Assembly (NCBI GenBank): GCA_951804945.1 | Contig: OX638154.1 | Span: 49,538,001-49,602,000, forward strand | DNA length: 64,000 nucleotides | From: Podarcis cretensis | Taxonomy: Eukaryota | Reading direction: 5' to 3' | In this document: one piece after another, positions 13,950 through 26,332 of the stretch | How positions within the stretch are numbered: position 1 is the stretch's first letter | How the letters are laid out: each line of letters opens with the position of its first letter | The notes under the pieces: generated by a model | The model's database searches: none | Seen by the model: only the letters and a program-made list of their open reading frames with translations | Told to the model about the DNA's origin: nothing | Program-made: the position numbers and the translations under genes

Positions 13950-14084
13950 AACAGGAGGTTGTGGACTCTTCTTCCTTGGAGGGTTTAAAGCAGAGGTTGG
14001 ATGGCTTTAGCTGAGATTCTACAGGGGGTTGAACTACATGACCCTTGAGGTCCCTCCTAGCTCTACGATTCTATGATTCTATGG
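13950..14084 (+). mobile_element. CR1 LINE 3' end; related 3'-end fragments at ~36035-36097, ~41500-41609 and ~43925-44028
   Basis: terminal (GATTCTAT)n octamer repeat preceded by the GGTCCCTTCCAACTCT-type motif. Confidence 0.7.
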
Positions 14085-14540
14085 ACATATATAGGTGTTT
14101 GTAGAAAGCTCTACATGGATGGAATGTAGCCTGCTGTACAAAGGTTCCCCACCTCTGATATTTTTATTATTGAAAAGAATTCTATATTGTCCTTCAGCAG
14201 AGCTTTGGAGTGATTTGAGATAGGAATGTAGCAGACCACTGGCTGCCTTGATTGCTTTCTGCGCTCTGCTCCCAGCTCGCCAAGAGATAACAGCATCTCT
14301 CTTTTGCTGCCATTTAAGTTTGTGAATATTTTTGTGAAGATTCTTTCAACTTTTTAGAAAAATGTTTTTCACAAAAGATTTTGTGAATATAGCAGAAAGA
14401 AAGAAGAGAAAAATCAAACTAGTGATAATTTAAAAGAAACATTGCCAGCTTGACAGAAAAAGAATATTTTATCAATTCTGATTTAAACATGTAGGCCGTC
14501 CAGGTAGGTATCTAAACAAAACTGGTGGTTATAAGCCATG

Positions 14541-15404
14541 CAGTGGAACCTCGGGTTACGTACCGTCCTCCTTACGAACACTTCGGGTTACGAGCTCCGC
14601 TAACCCAGAAGTAGATGCTCCTGTAGCAAACTTTGTCAGTATTTCACGCCTCCGATGCTGCAGATGAGATTGGCGTAAATCACATGCCTGTCTGGGAAGA
14701 GTGTGGGAACAGAAGACAGTCTTATCTCTTCAGCTGTATTTACTATTGTACTGTACTTTTGCTTTTACTTGTTCCTGTTTCCTCTCGGAGCTGGAGAGAG
14801 TGAGCACCATGATTCCTTTGTCTGTACAAAGTGTGTAAATAAATACAGTGGTATCTCAGGTAACAGACACTTCAGGATACAGACTGTGCTAACCCAGAAA
14901 TAGTACCTTGGGTTAAGAACTTTGCTTCAGGATGAGAACAGAAATCATGCGGTGGCAGTGGGTGGCCCCATTATCTAAAGTGGTACCTCAGGTTAAGAAC
15001 AGTTTCAGGTTAAGAACGGACCTCCAGAACGAATTAAGTTCTTAACCCGAGGTACCACTGTACGTAGATTAGCTCTATGATGTCTCACACTTCTTGCTGT
15101 GTCATGCTAGAAAATTAGTGTGCATATATCATTTGATATATGTCACTGAAGCTCACTGGAGAAGAAGGGAAATGCCTTTTCGAGAGCTGCGCATACTGGA
15201 CGACGCTTGGAGTTCAGGACTGCAGGGGCAACCCCAGGGCGTTTCCCAACAAACTTTGCCCTGGGATACGAGTGGAAGTCGCACACCCGTGGCACGTCGG
15301 CAGCAGGAAACCCCATTAGCAAAAGCGCACCTCAGGTTATGAATGGTTTCGGGTTAAGAATGGACCTCTGGAACGAATTAAGTTCATAACCAGAGGTATC
15401 ACTG
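14541..15404. mobile_element. Tigger-like element containing a nested related MITE (14846-15060)
   Basis: outer CAGTGGAACCTCGGGTTAC...CAGAGGTATCACTG; inner TA-CAGTGGTATCTC...GAGGTACCACTG-TA. Confidence 0.7.
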
Positions 15405-16985
15405 TATGATCAAACACAGAAAAGGGAGTGAGGTCTTCAAACCACTGGGTGAAAGATGGCGGGTGTATCCTCCCAACCTTGTAGTCTCTTAGCCAACAGA
15501 AGGATTCATAGAACTCACATTCATTGGATATCCATTCATTCCACACAACAGGAATCCGATGTTCTTTCATCTTCATGAGTATGTTTATTGTTATTTGCTG
15601 TCTTCCCCTTTTCATGGCCTTTTAGGAATTCTTATCTATTCGTTGATGAAATACTGGCTTTGCTGTATATTTTACCACTCATTCATTTTCTATAACTTGC
15701 TGGCTAGTGCAGCCGTTCGGCTTGCAGACTGGCAAGCTTCAAGAGGGAGTGAAAATATTTAGGCAGCAATTGCAAAAGTCACTGGGGGACGTGGCACATT
15801 CTCTGCAAATGAACTCCAACTGGAGTTGAAAGAGTGATCTGACTTCTCCGCTCTCCCCAATACCTGTGAGACTTCACCTGTCACCTGTCAACATGCATGG
15901 AGCCACGGGTGAATTAATCACTGTCACTCTTCTAACAGGAGTTTAAGAAGCTGGCTAGCCAAGGGCATTTCTTGACAACAACCCAGTGGCTGCGGACCTG
16001 GCATAGGAAGGGGGACAGTAGGAGGAAAGTGATTATGGCCAGCATCTCCACTGCCTTCTACGGAGTAATGAGAACAGCTGGTGTCGTTGTAAGCAAAATA
16101 GTCTTTAGACACTGGGTTTGCAAACTTGGCCACAGTGGGTCCATCTGTTAACCAAAGATGAAACTCTTTCCTGGTGCAACTGAATAAAGCCTAGAGAGCT
16201 CATCTGGCAGCATCCACTCACGTTTCTTCATTATTCAAAGACAAAGCAAAGCCAGTTTATTTGCTTATTTGTCAGAATCTTTTATATCCCAACTTTTCAC
16301 TTATCAAATTATGGCTGCAGGGGTGGTTTGTCCCCTTTTTGCCACTTGAGGCAAGATAGGAAGTGCCACCCTGCTCTGCCGGGCCACTGGCACTGACAGC
16401 ACCACTGGCATCGGCACGAGTTTCTGGTGAGATCTCACCAAAATCTCACGAGATCTGTCACTCTCCATGAGAACCCATGAGATTTCGGCCAGACCCTGCA
16501 AGACATCACCAGAAATTGGCATCAATGCAGTTGTCGCGCTCTGCCAGTGATGAAGGCAGGAGGGAGAGGGCCTGTAGGGACACCACCTCAGGGGCTGTGG
16601 CAGCTTCTTCACTCTCTTTCATGGGTGGACAGGCTACTGGGGATGGAAAAAATGGGGGTCTCTGGCTCCTTTTCCTGTCGGGACACATTCTGAAAGGGCT
16701 TAGAAGAAAGGGCATCTTGCCCGCTTCACTCCCTGGCAACAAATTGCCTAACACATTGAAAGCCATGTCTGTGTACACACTATACCTTTTGAGCACATTC
16801 AAGGCACATTTCCCCCCTCTGGACATGGTTGTTTTCTAAAGGTTGCTAGCAGTTGTAACTCTGTGAGGGACAAACTACAGTGCCCAGAATTCTTTGAGGG
16901 AAAGAATGTGCTCTGAATGTGCTTTGGAGATACTGTATATGTGTACACAGCCCATCAGCTTAAACACATGCTCATTTAACTGTAG

Positions 16986-17223
16986 CAGGGGTGGCCAACT
17001 CCCAAGAGACTTCACAGAGTTAAAAACTGGCAGTGATCTACCCCCTGGGGGGGGGTGGATCAAGTTGTTGAGTTTTTTTCAGGGAGGAGGTCAAATGTTG
17101 AGCTTTTTTAGGGGAGCCACAGTTGTTCAGCTTCTTTGGGGGGAGCCAATGATCTACCAGTGATCTACTGCAGACGTGCTATGATCTACCGGTAGATAAT
17201 GATCTACCTGTTGGACATGCCTG
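16986..17223. mobile_element. hAT-type MITE
   Basis: CAGGGGTGGCCAAC...GTTGGACATGCCTG; 8-bp TSD AACT(G/A)TAG. Confidence 0.78.
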
Positions 17224-17516
17224 AACTATAGTATACGAATGTACAGAAACCTCATTCCCAAATAGCTCAGAAGTGCTACTGTACGACCCACACAGGAAAC
17301 TCCCTGCCACAGAAAGAAAGAAGTGCAGTTTTAATATCACCAAAATCCCACTGGGGCTCATTTCCCCCAGGTTTTCTGCAAAGGATAACTTTTATCTCTC
17401 GTGTACAGCTTGACATTTTTCTTGCCAACGAATTCCACAGAGAGAAAGAATCTGAAGTGATAGCAATAGGGATGGCAGCTTGCTTTGGGAATGACCATTA
17501 ATGTCATCTTTTCCAG

Positions 17517-17558
17517 AACTATAAAGGTGGAGGTATATGACTGGGACCGAGATGGCAG
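17517..17558 (+). CDS. CPNE5: Copine-5 exon C: TIKVEVYDWDRDG(S)
   Basis: ttccag acceptor, GTAAGT donor, 42 nt; Ca2+-ligand loop DWDRDG. Confidence 0.93.
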
Positions 17559-18078
17559 GTAAGTGGCATTTATAACTCCTTTGTTTAAAAAGGTGGGTTT
17601 TTTAAAATTATTTCTGGCTAGGAGGAACTGGACTGAAACCAAAGTTAGATAGAAGAAATTTAGCAGTGTTGTGTATTGCAGGTCTGTGAAATGCTTTGAG
17701 GTTCTTTGAGGATCCCCAGGAAACAAAACAAAACAATTTATACAAAATATGACCCCTCTCCCATTAATCAACACATTTAGTAAAAAGGAATTTGGCTTAT
17801 GCAGTTGGCTGCATTGTACTGGCAGAGTACATTCTTCCCCCTATCATGTAAACAACAACAACAACATTTTTTTATCCCAGGGCCACATGTGTAAGATTCA
17901 CATTGGGAAAATGAAAGGTGGGTGTGGCAGGGATGAGAAGGGGATCTTGTCACTTATTTGCTGGGATCATCATTATTATTCGGTTAAAAAAAGAGGCCTA
18001 TCAAGTAGAGGAGGTGATGGAATGGGAGTACCTTTGTTCTACAGTGTTGTTCATAGCAATTTCTTTCCCACTTAACAG

Positions 18079-18154
18079 CCACGACTTCATTGGGGAGTTT
18101 ACGACCAGTTACCGTGAATTGGCACGAGGACAAAGCCAATTTAATGTCTATGAG
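18079..18154 (+). CDS. CPNE5: Copine-5 exon D: [25 protein letters not shown]
   Basis: aacag acceptor, GTGAGT donor, 76 nt, phase 2 to 0. Confidence 0.93.
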
Positions 18155-21018
18155 GTGAGTGACTTCTTCAGCTGTCCCCAAAACATCAGGGCAGAAGCCT
18201 TCCTGGCACTGACCCCAGAGAGCTTTTTGAGAAAAGGGGCCTCTTCCAGGCACTCAGAGCATATTGGGGCACAACCCACTATGCTGTTCTCCTAAGTAAG
18301 TCCCATTGAGATTAATGGAAGCTGTGCAAAAGCAGCTCCCATTCACTTCACTTGGGCCTTCTCAGTTGAACTCCCCAAAGGATTGTGTCCTTTAACTTTA
18401 TTAGCACTACTGGCTCAGTAACAATTTTCTGCCCCCAGTGTTGTGTGTGTTAACTTGAGATTGGTGGTGAGTTTGTGTTAACTATAACTGTGTTCATGAA
18501 TTTCAACATGCTATTGTATTTAACCCTTTCTACTGAACTTGGCACTTAATGAAGGGTTTAGACCAGCATTCACCCAACCCCAACTGGTGCCATGCTGGCA
18601 GGGCTGATGTGAGTTGTATGCCAAAACATCTGGATGGCACCAGGTCGGCGAAGGCCAATTTAGATGCTATTGTGAATGATTCCTTGACCCTAGAGATCAT
18701 ATAACAGATAGTGGCCTGTATTTGGCATATCTTAATGTAGTACCTGTAGCCATGGCAACTGAGATGCTCACATCCCATCCTACTACTATTGTATCAATAA
18801 AATGATAGCTTTGAATGAGTCCATCTATCTGGATAGCCATTGAGACAGGAGAAAAACTCTGTTTGGGATGGAGTTTGAAGGATGAAAGTCAGAGCTGATG
18901 AGGTGTGTGCAGGCCATACATCTTCATGGGGCCCAGAACCAGAAAGGGATCCAGATTCTAAATTTCATTTGTAAAAAGTATCTAACCCTTTTGGAACAAA
19001 AGTTATGAAAGAAAATGAGCAGAAACCATTTGAAACAATTGCTTTGTGAGATATGTGACTGTTCCCACCTTAGTGTGTTTAGCCAAAAAGTGGCCAGGTA
19101 ACTCATTAGGTAATAACTGCTAGGTAGAAATTTGGAGTCATGCAAGTGCAAGGGAAGACCTCAAATGGCTTCAAAATGGCCCAGGGAAGTTCCTTCTTCA
19201 AACAATAGAGAAAGGACTTCCTGGCTCATTTTGAAATGACTAAGTGCTTATTTTGAAGCTGTTTTCCCATCTTCTCTGGAAAAGAGAATAACAATAAGAA
19301 TTTGCAATAAGAAAATAATAGAGAAATCCAGAATTTGAGTATAGTTGCAAATGGGCAACAGCATGTCCACCCCTAAAGCAAAGGGAAGCAGCAAAGACAA
19401 GAGCTTATTGCTCTTCCTAACCGAAGATTAATTTCATGCAAACTATTTTGTTTTTTGAGTATGTAAGCATTAAATCAATCACATATCTGTATCGCAAAAG
19501 GGGTGGGTATTGTGGCAGAGAAAGTGTGGGTTACATCACCCCTGCAAAGTAGCCCAGTGTTGCTATAGTAATATTACAGGGGGCAGAGTGTGAGAGAGTA
19601 GTAGGAGTGCAATGTAGTCCACTATCTAGCCTTCTGGTATGTGCATTTTTAGGGAAATGTGATTGGCACAGTGGTGATTAGCTGCTTTCTTACCCATGAT
19701 GGTGGAATACTTTGGGGTGGGTTGTTGTTGCTGGTATAAAACTAAAATGTGTATATTCATGACAGAGACTCATATGCTTTTTGCTCAAGAAAACAAAAAG
19801 GGTTAGTTGACCTGTGCTGATAACATTGCTGTAGTTATTCTGAGGTATAAATAATAAATAACTGCAACACATGCTCTTAGAATACAAAGCTTTCTTTTTA
19901 ACAATTCTTATATTGAATTTATCCAAGCATGGGCATCTGGTTGCTGTAAACCTTAAATATCTTTACACACACATTGCCATCCGAAATACCTGAATATTGT
20001 ATTGCCACCCTAAGATCATTTGATGAAAGACCTATACCCAGTAACATAACTGGTTTGCAACTCACAGCGCTTGTTTGCATGGTTTAGGAATGGCATTGGA
20101 GGGAGAGCAGGGTTCTTGTGTCATTAGCAGCTGTGTGGCAGGCAGAAATCCAACAAGTTAAGCTTTTTCTAGTGTGGAAATACATTTACAGGAAAAGCTT
20201 CACATGTTAGAATTTTGTTTGTCAGACATCGTCTTACTTGCATGTGGCACAAAGTGTTGCAAATACTTGTGTTCTCTTTTGCAAGTGGGACAGAGGACCC
20301 AATCCACACACAGTGTACATATTTCAGATATTAATATTGCACAGCTTGAAGCAATACGATGAATAAAAACTGACTCCCCTTGGAATAAATATTGTCCAGA
20401 CCCAAAATATAGTTTCAAACCTTTACTAACACAACTTTTTCCAGACTGATTTAAAGTAATAAATGATGTATCCAAATAGTTGCATAATATCATGTACTTG
20501 TCCAAGCACAGGTTCAGCTTCTTACAAATATTGAATACTATTTACAATCAGAGCTGACAAACAGAGCTCTTTCTCTCCCACAGAGTCCATTAGCCTGGAG
20601 GCTGTTTTCTCTCCAGTAGAGACTCATTTGCACACCTTTGTCTTCTGTGACTTGAGAGAAAAGACAACTCACACACCCAAAATAGGGATTTGCGACTGAA
20701 TAACCCTCCCATGTGATCTTAAGTTAAACACCGTGTGTGTGATTTAATTCTGTTTATTAATTTTCATACACACAGATACACACATATATACACAAAATAA
20801 ATTCTTCACCAAAAATAATAATACAAACAACATAACTAAATTATAAGAAAACGAAGAAAAAAACAGAGACAAACATGTAAGTTATTGACTTCCCCCCACC
20901 CCGGTTTTGGGTTATGTAATACAATTTTCCTCGCAGTTTATCTTTAAAGCTTTTGTATGTCGTAGGGTTATATTAAGCCTACTGTGATCTTTGAGTTTTT
21001 TAAAACTACTTCAGTATA

Positions 21019-21830
21019 CCGTATTTTTCACCCTATAGGACGCACTTTCCCCCTCCAAAAATGAAGGGGAAATGTGTGTGCGTCCTATGGGGTGAATGCA
21101 GGCTTTCGCTGAAGCCTGGAGAGTGAGAGGGGTCAGTGCGCACCGACCCCTCTCGCTCTCCAGGCTTCAGGAAGCTATCTGCAAGTCTTGCAAGCCCGGC
21201 GGGAGGTCCCGCGGGCTCACAAGGCTTGCGGGCAGCAGCCTGCAGCCCAAAAGCTCGGGGGACAGCGGGGAGGCACAGCGCCGGCACCCCGCTATTCCTC
21301 GACCTGGTCTGGAGGCTGGCGGGGGGGGAGAAGCAAGCTTGCTTCTCCCCCCCGCCAGCCCCACAAACTCTCAGGATAGCGGGGAGGCGGAGCGCTGCCA
21401 CCCCGGTATTCCCCGACCTGATCTGGAAGCTATTCCCGGACCAGGTCTGGAGGTTGGCGGGGGGAGAAGCAAGCTTGCTTCTCCCCCCCCACCAGCCCCA
21501 CAAGCTCGGGGGATAGCGGGGAGGCGGAGTGCCGCCACCCCTCTATTCCCCGACCTGATCTGGAGGCTGGCGGGGGGGGAAGCAATCTTGCTTCTCCCCC
21601 CCGCCGGCCCCACAAACTCGGGGGACAGCGGGGCAAGCCGCTTCCCCACCGAGGCTAAAGAGGCTGTCCCTGAAGGCAGAAGAGGGAGACGGACCGCTCC
21701 GTCTCCCTCTTCTAGCTTGGGGATGGAAACGCAAACCTGGGGGGGAAATAAAAATTTTTTCCTTGATTTTCCCCCCAAAAAACTAGGTGCGTCCTATGGG
21801 CCGGTGCGTCCTATGGGGCGAAAAATACAG
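21019..21830. mobile_element. Tc1/mariner (Tc2-like) MITE with an internal GC-rich tandem repeat, nested in L1 ORF2
   Basis: TIRs CCGTATTTTTCACCCTATAGGACGCAC / GTGCGTCCTATGGGGCGAAAAATACAG; TA TSD; removal restores the L1 frame (WNNFTTYTEVVL). Confidence 0.85.
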
Positions 21831-23759
21831 TAGGTTGTAAAATTGTTCCATTCTTTAATAAACTTTGTTTCTTTCTGGTCTCTGATTTTTTGTGTTAATT
21901 TTGCCAATTCTGAATATTCAAATAATTTACTTTGCCAGTCTCTTACTGTTGGGATATTAATTGATTTCCAATTTTGGGCGATTAAAATTCTAGCAGCTGT
22001 TGTTGCATACTGGAATTAGGTCTGGTCCTCTTTCTTAATTTCATTGCCAATCATACCCAGAAGGAAATTTTCAGGTTTTTTAACAAAAGTATATTTAAAC
22101 TTTTTTTTTAATTCATTATAAATGAGCTCCCAGAACTTCTTGATTTTTTCACAAGTCCACCACATGTGGTAAAAACTTCCTTCCTTATTTTTACACCTCC
22201 AGCACATTTTATCTCCATTCTTATAGATTTTTCCTAATTTTACGGGGGTGATGTACCATCTGTACATCGTTTTTTCCATGTTTTCTCTTAAGGCAACACA
22301 AGCAGTAAACTTCATATCTTTATTCCAGAGCTTAATCCAACTATCGTATTCCAAATTATATCCCAGGTCTATCACCCATTTCACCATAACTTCTTTTATT
22401 TCCTCATCCTTAGTATCCCATTCTAACAGCTGATTATACATTTTTTATAAGAGTTTTGAATTTCCTTCCAGTATTTCTATCTGGAATCTTGATTTTTTTT
22501 CGTTCATCCCGATCTTTTTGTCTTCTGTCCACAGTGCGTTAATTTGATGAAATTGTAACCAGCTCGTTAATTTATCTCCTAGTTCTTCATACCTTTTGAT
22601 CTGCCAACCTTTTTCTGTTCTCACCAATAAATCTTCATATGTCCATCTCTTACCTTCTATATTTGTTTGTGTGTGTGGGTTTTTTTTTTTTTTTTTGGTT
22701 GTTAAAATATCTATTGGTGACAACCACCAGGGAGTTTTTCTTTCAAGGAGATTTTTATTTCTTTCCCAAACCTCTAGCAGAGGTCCTCTAATGATGTGAT
22801 TGGAGAATCCTTTATGTACTTTTGCTTTATTGTGCCACAAATATGCGTGCCAATCGAATCTGGTGTTAAAGCCTTCTAAATCTAATAGGTCAGTGTTTTT
22901 TATTACAATCCATTCTTTAATCCAACAGAGGCATGAGGCCTTGTAGTACAGTTTCAAGTTCGGTACCGCAAAACCTCCTCTTTCTCTTCTATCTGTAAGC
23001 AATTTAAATTTAATTCTAGGCCTTTTTCCCTGCCAAATGAATTTAGATAAAAAATTCTGCCAATCTTTAAATACTGTGTTTCCTCTTATCACCGGAATAT
23101 TTTGAAACAGAAATAACAACTTCGGAAGTATATTCATCTTAATTGCGGCCATTCTTCCTGACCATGATAATTTTATTCTGTTCCATATATCTAAATCTTT
23201 TTTAATTTCTTTCCAGGTTGTTTCGTAATTGTCTGTCATTAAATTTATGTTCTTCATAGTTAGCCAAATTCCCAGGTATTTTACTTTTTTTACCGCTTTA
23301 ATTCCAATTTTGGCCTCTAGCTGGTTTTTCATAACTTCTTCCATGTTCTTCATCATCATTTTAGTTTTTAATTTGTTTAACTTAAAACCCGATAACTTTC
23401 CAAATTCTTCTAACAATTCTATTACCTTATGGACGCTTTTTTGTGGATCTTCTAATGATACCATCAGATCATCAGCATATGCTTTCAGTTTGTATTCTTT
23501 TTTCCCGATTTTAATTCCGCGTATTTCTGGTGTTGTTCTTATCTTATTTGCTATAATTTCTAATATCATTATAAATAAAAGAGGTGATAGAGGGCACCCC
23601 TGTCTCGTACCCTTTGAAATTTCGAAATAATCAGTTAAATCATTATTAATAATCAATTTTGCTTTCTGGCTTGAATAAATAGCTTTTATCCCTTCCAGGA
23701 AGGCGCCCTCTATCCCTACTGTTCCTAGACATCTTACAAGGAATTGCCAAGATACATTA

Positions 23760-25284
23760 CACTGGTCAACAACAAATTTGTTGTCTGCATTTTTTCAGTT
23801 GATTTAGGATGAATCTGATGCGCTGAATCCCAAAATCACATTGGTTTCGCTCAATCAGGTCAGGTTTTTGAGCTATGGCCACATGCCGTTTTTTTTTTTT
23901 TTTTTTTTACGTTTTTGTTCACATGTACGCTTGTGTGGAGCATTTTAGAAGAAGTTGGTGGGGGTAAAATGCCATGTCGAATAATTTTTTTGTTTGGAAA
24001 TGATTATTTTAATGACAAGAAGTATTCAGGTCCGATAGTTCTGGGTGATTATGTCAAAAAGGGATCAGTTTGAAGTCATAAAACCTCCGTTTTTTCTCAG
24101 AAGAGGACTTGGTGTACTGTTCAGATATTGCGCAGCTTCTGCTCAAGCTTGGAGTGCCACAGTATGAGCCCAAAGATTGGAGACTGTTTATTGACAGCAG
24201 CAAGTGATCACTGAAATGTGTTCTGCTACACAACGGCAACCAGTTTGCCTCTATACCCCTGGCTAACTCGAGTACACTGAAGGAGAACTATGAAGCGGTG
24301 AAGTATGTGCTGGAGAAAATTAGTTATGATCAGCATAAGTGGTTTATTTGTGTTGACCTGACGATGGTGAACTTTTGTTGGGACAACAGTCTGGCTTAAC
24401 CAAGTACCCATGTTTTCTGTGCATGTGGGATAGTAGGGACTGTGCTCAGCATTACACAAAGAAGGACTGGCCTGTGCGGAAGGAATTGGTGCCTTACAAA
24501 AAAAGGAACGTCATTAACGACCCTCTGGTGGACAGAGACAGGATACTCTTCCCACTGCTGCACATCAAGCTCGGCTTAATCGAGCAGTTCACCAAGGCTC
24601 TGGACAAGGATGGTGACTGCTTCACTTACTTGTGCCAGGCTTTTCCAGGATTGACCATGGAGAAGTTGAAAGCTAGCATCTTTGACGGTCCTCAGATCCG
24701 TCAGCTCATCAGAGATCCAGAGTTCGGAAACTCAACGAAGTGGAACTGGAAGGCATTTGTTCTGGTAGTGAAGAACTCTCTTGGCAACAATAAGGCCAGA
24801 ACCTACGCAAAACTTGTCAACAACATGCTGACTGCTTTCAGAATCCTGGGCTGCAACATGAGCGTCAAGATGCACTACCTATTTTCACATATGGACCAGT
24901 TTCCTGAGAACCTGGGTTCACTGAGTGACAAGCAGGGGGAGAGATTCCATCAGGACATGAAAGAGATGGAGACCAGGTATCAGGGTTGCTGGGATGCAGT
25001 CATGATGGCTGACTACTGTTGGACTCTGAAGAGAGACCTCCCTGCCGCTGAGCATTCCTGGAGTTCCAAGAAATGGAAGTTCAAGCCCTGAAATTTGAAA
25101 AATGGTGAAGCAACATGCAATTTACGTGTACTTACCTTTATCAATGCCCACCATTCAGTTTACAGTAAACCTGACCTGATGGAGAGAAATGGATGCCATT
25201 TCCTGATTCAGCAGTGCAAAAATACCCTAAATCAGTTGTAGAAATCTAGACAACATTCAAAAAGTAAAAAATTGTTGCCCAGTG
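23760..25284 (+). mobile_element. Chapaev3-type DNA transposon, internally deleted, nested in the L1 RT domain
   Basis: Termini CACTGGTCAACAA...TTGTTGCCCAGTG; 3-bp TSD TTA (23757-23759, 25285-25287); removal restores L1 AEKAFDN-VSWQF. Confidence 0.85.
24085..25091 (+). pseudogene. Chapaev3-like DDE transposase core (N-terminus missing; TGA at 24205, frameshift near 24372)
   Basis: WRLFIDSSK*SLKCVLLHNGN, ICVDL, GQQSGLTKYPCFLCMWDSR, LHIKLGL, DGPQIR, MHYLFSH, SDKQGERFHQD, MMADYCW. Confidence 0.82.
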
Positions 25285-25898
25285 TTATCAAAGGCCTTTT
25301 CGGCGTCAATAAAAATTAGTGCCGCAGGGATTTCATTCTTGGAGTCTAGATATTCAATGATATTAATTATATGTCTTATGTTGTCTTTTAATTGTCTATT
25401 GGGTAAGAATCCAACTTGATCTGTATGAATAAGGTTTCTTAAACATTTCTTAAGACGGTTGGCCATTACTTCCGCGAATAATTTATAATCATTATTTAAT
25501 AATGATATTGGTCTGTAGTTTTTCATGTCTAATTTATCTGTTTCTGGCTTAGATATTAATGTAATATAAGCTTCCTTCCATGAGTCTGGTGTCTTTCCGC
25601 CACTTAAGATGTTATTCGCTACTTCGCACAGCACCGGGGCTAGATATTCCTTTAGGACTTTGTAGTATTTAGCAGAAAGGCCATCAGGCCCTGGAGCCTT
25701 TCCTAATTTCATTTTTTTTATCACATCCTGGATTTCTTCAATGTTGATAGGATTATTTAATTGTGTTATTTCTTCTTCTGTTAATCCTTTTAATCTGTTT
25801 TCTTCTAAATATTTCTTTATTTCTGTGCTATCTTCTTTTTCTCTTTTGTATAATTTTCCATAGAATTTGATAAAAAAATCCTTTATTTTCTTAGGTTC

Positions 25899-26332
25899 TG
25901 TAATGGTTCTAGGGGTTGCTCATGTGTAAATCGGCGCCATGCTTGGCTGAGTTACCTGGGTGAACCCTTTCTGTCCGGACAGCCACTCACCCGTGGCTGT
26001 CTCAGTCGCTGGCAGAATCCGTCAGTGGGCATTTCTTGAACTTCTTCCAGCAAAGAAGCTCTTTGACGCCTAGTCTCCGCCTACTCTCCCTGCACGGAAG
26101 CCTTCTGCGCAGGGAGGGTATGAGCAGCGGAGGACCCGTGCTCTCCCCGCTGGTCTCCGGTGAGGAGTCATGGAGCCACCTCGTCGATTCCCCCATCTGC
26201 CCCCCTTCTCCACTAGTGTTACGCTGATTTCCTTCCCCAGAAGATGGGCTGCTTCTCTCCCTCCCGGTACGCTCTCCAGAATCCCTCTGGAGCCCTCCTT
26301 CTCCCTCTGGCTCCGATGGCAGTTCCCTGACA
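25899..26332 (-). mobile_element. Solo LTR (434 bp) nested in L1 ORF2
   Basis: TGTCAGGGAACTG...CATTACA on the - strand; perfect 5-bp TSD GGTTC (25894-25898, 26333-26337); removal restores L1 EQIVEEP-KKIKD. Confidence 0.85.

Noticed and set aside
21255-21640. CRISPR-like appearance of regularly spaced palindromes
   Set aside because: The sequences between palindromes are themselves repeated rather than unique spacers; vertebrate intron, inside a MITE, no cas genes.
21033-21833. Many overlapping long ORFs on both strands (up to 245 aa)
   Set aside because: By-product of a GC-rich tandem palindrome with few stop codons.
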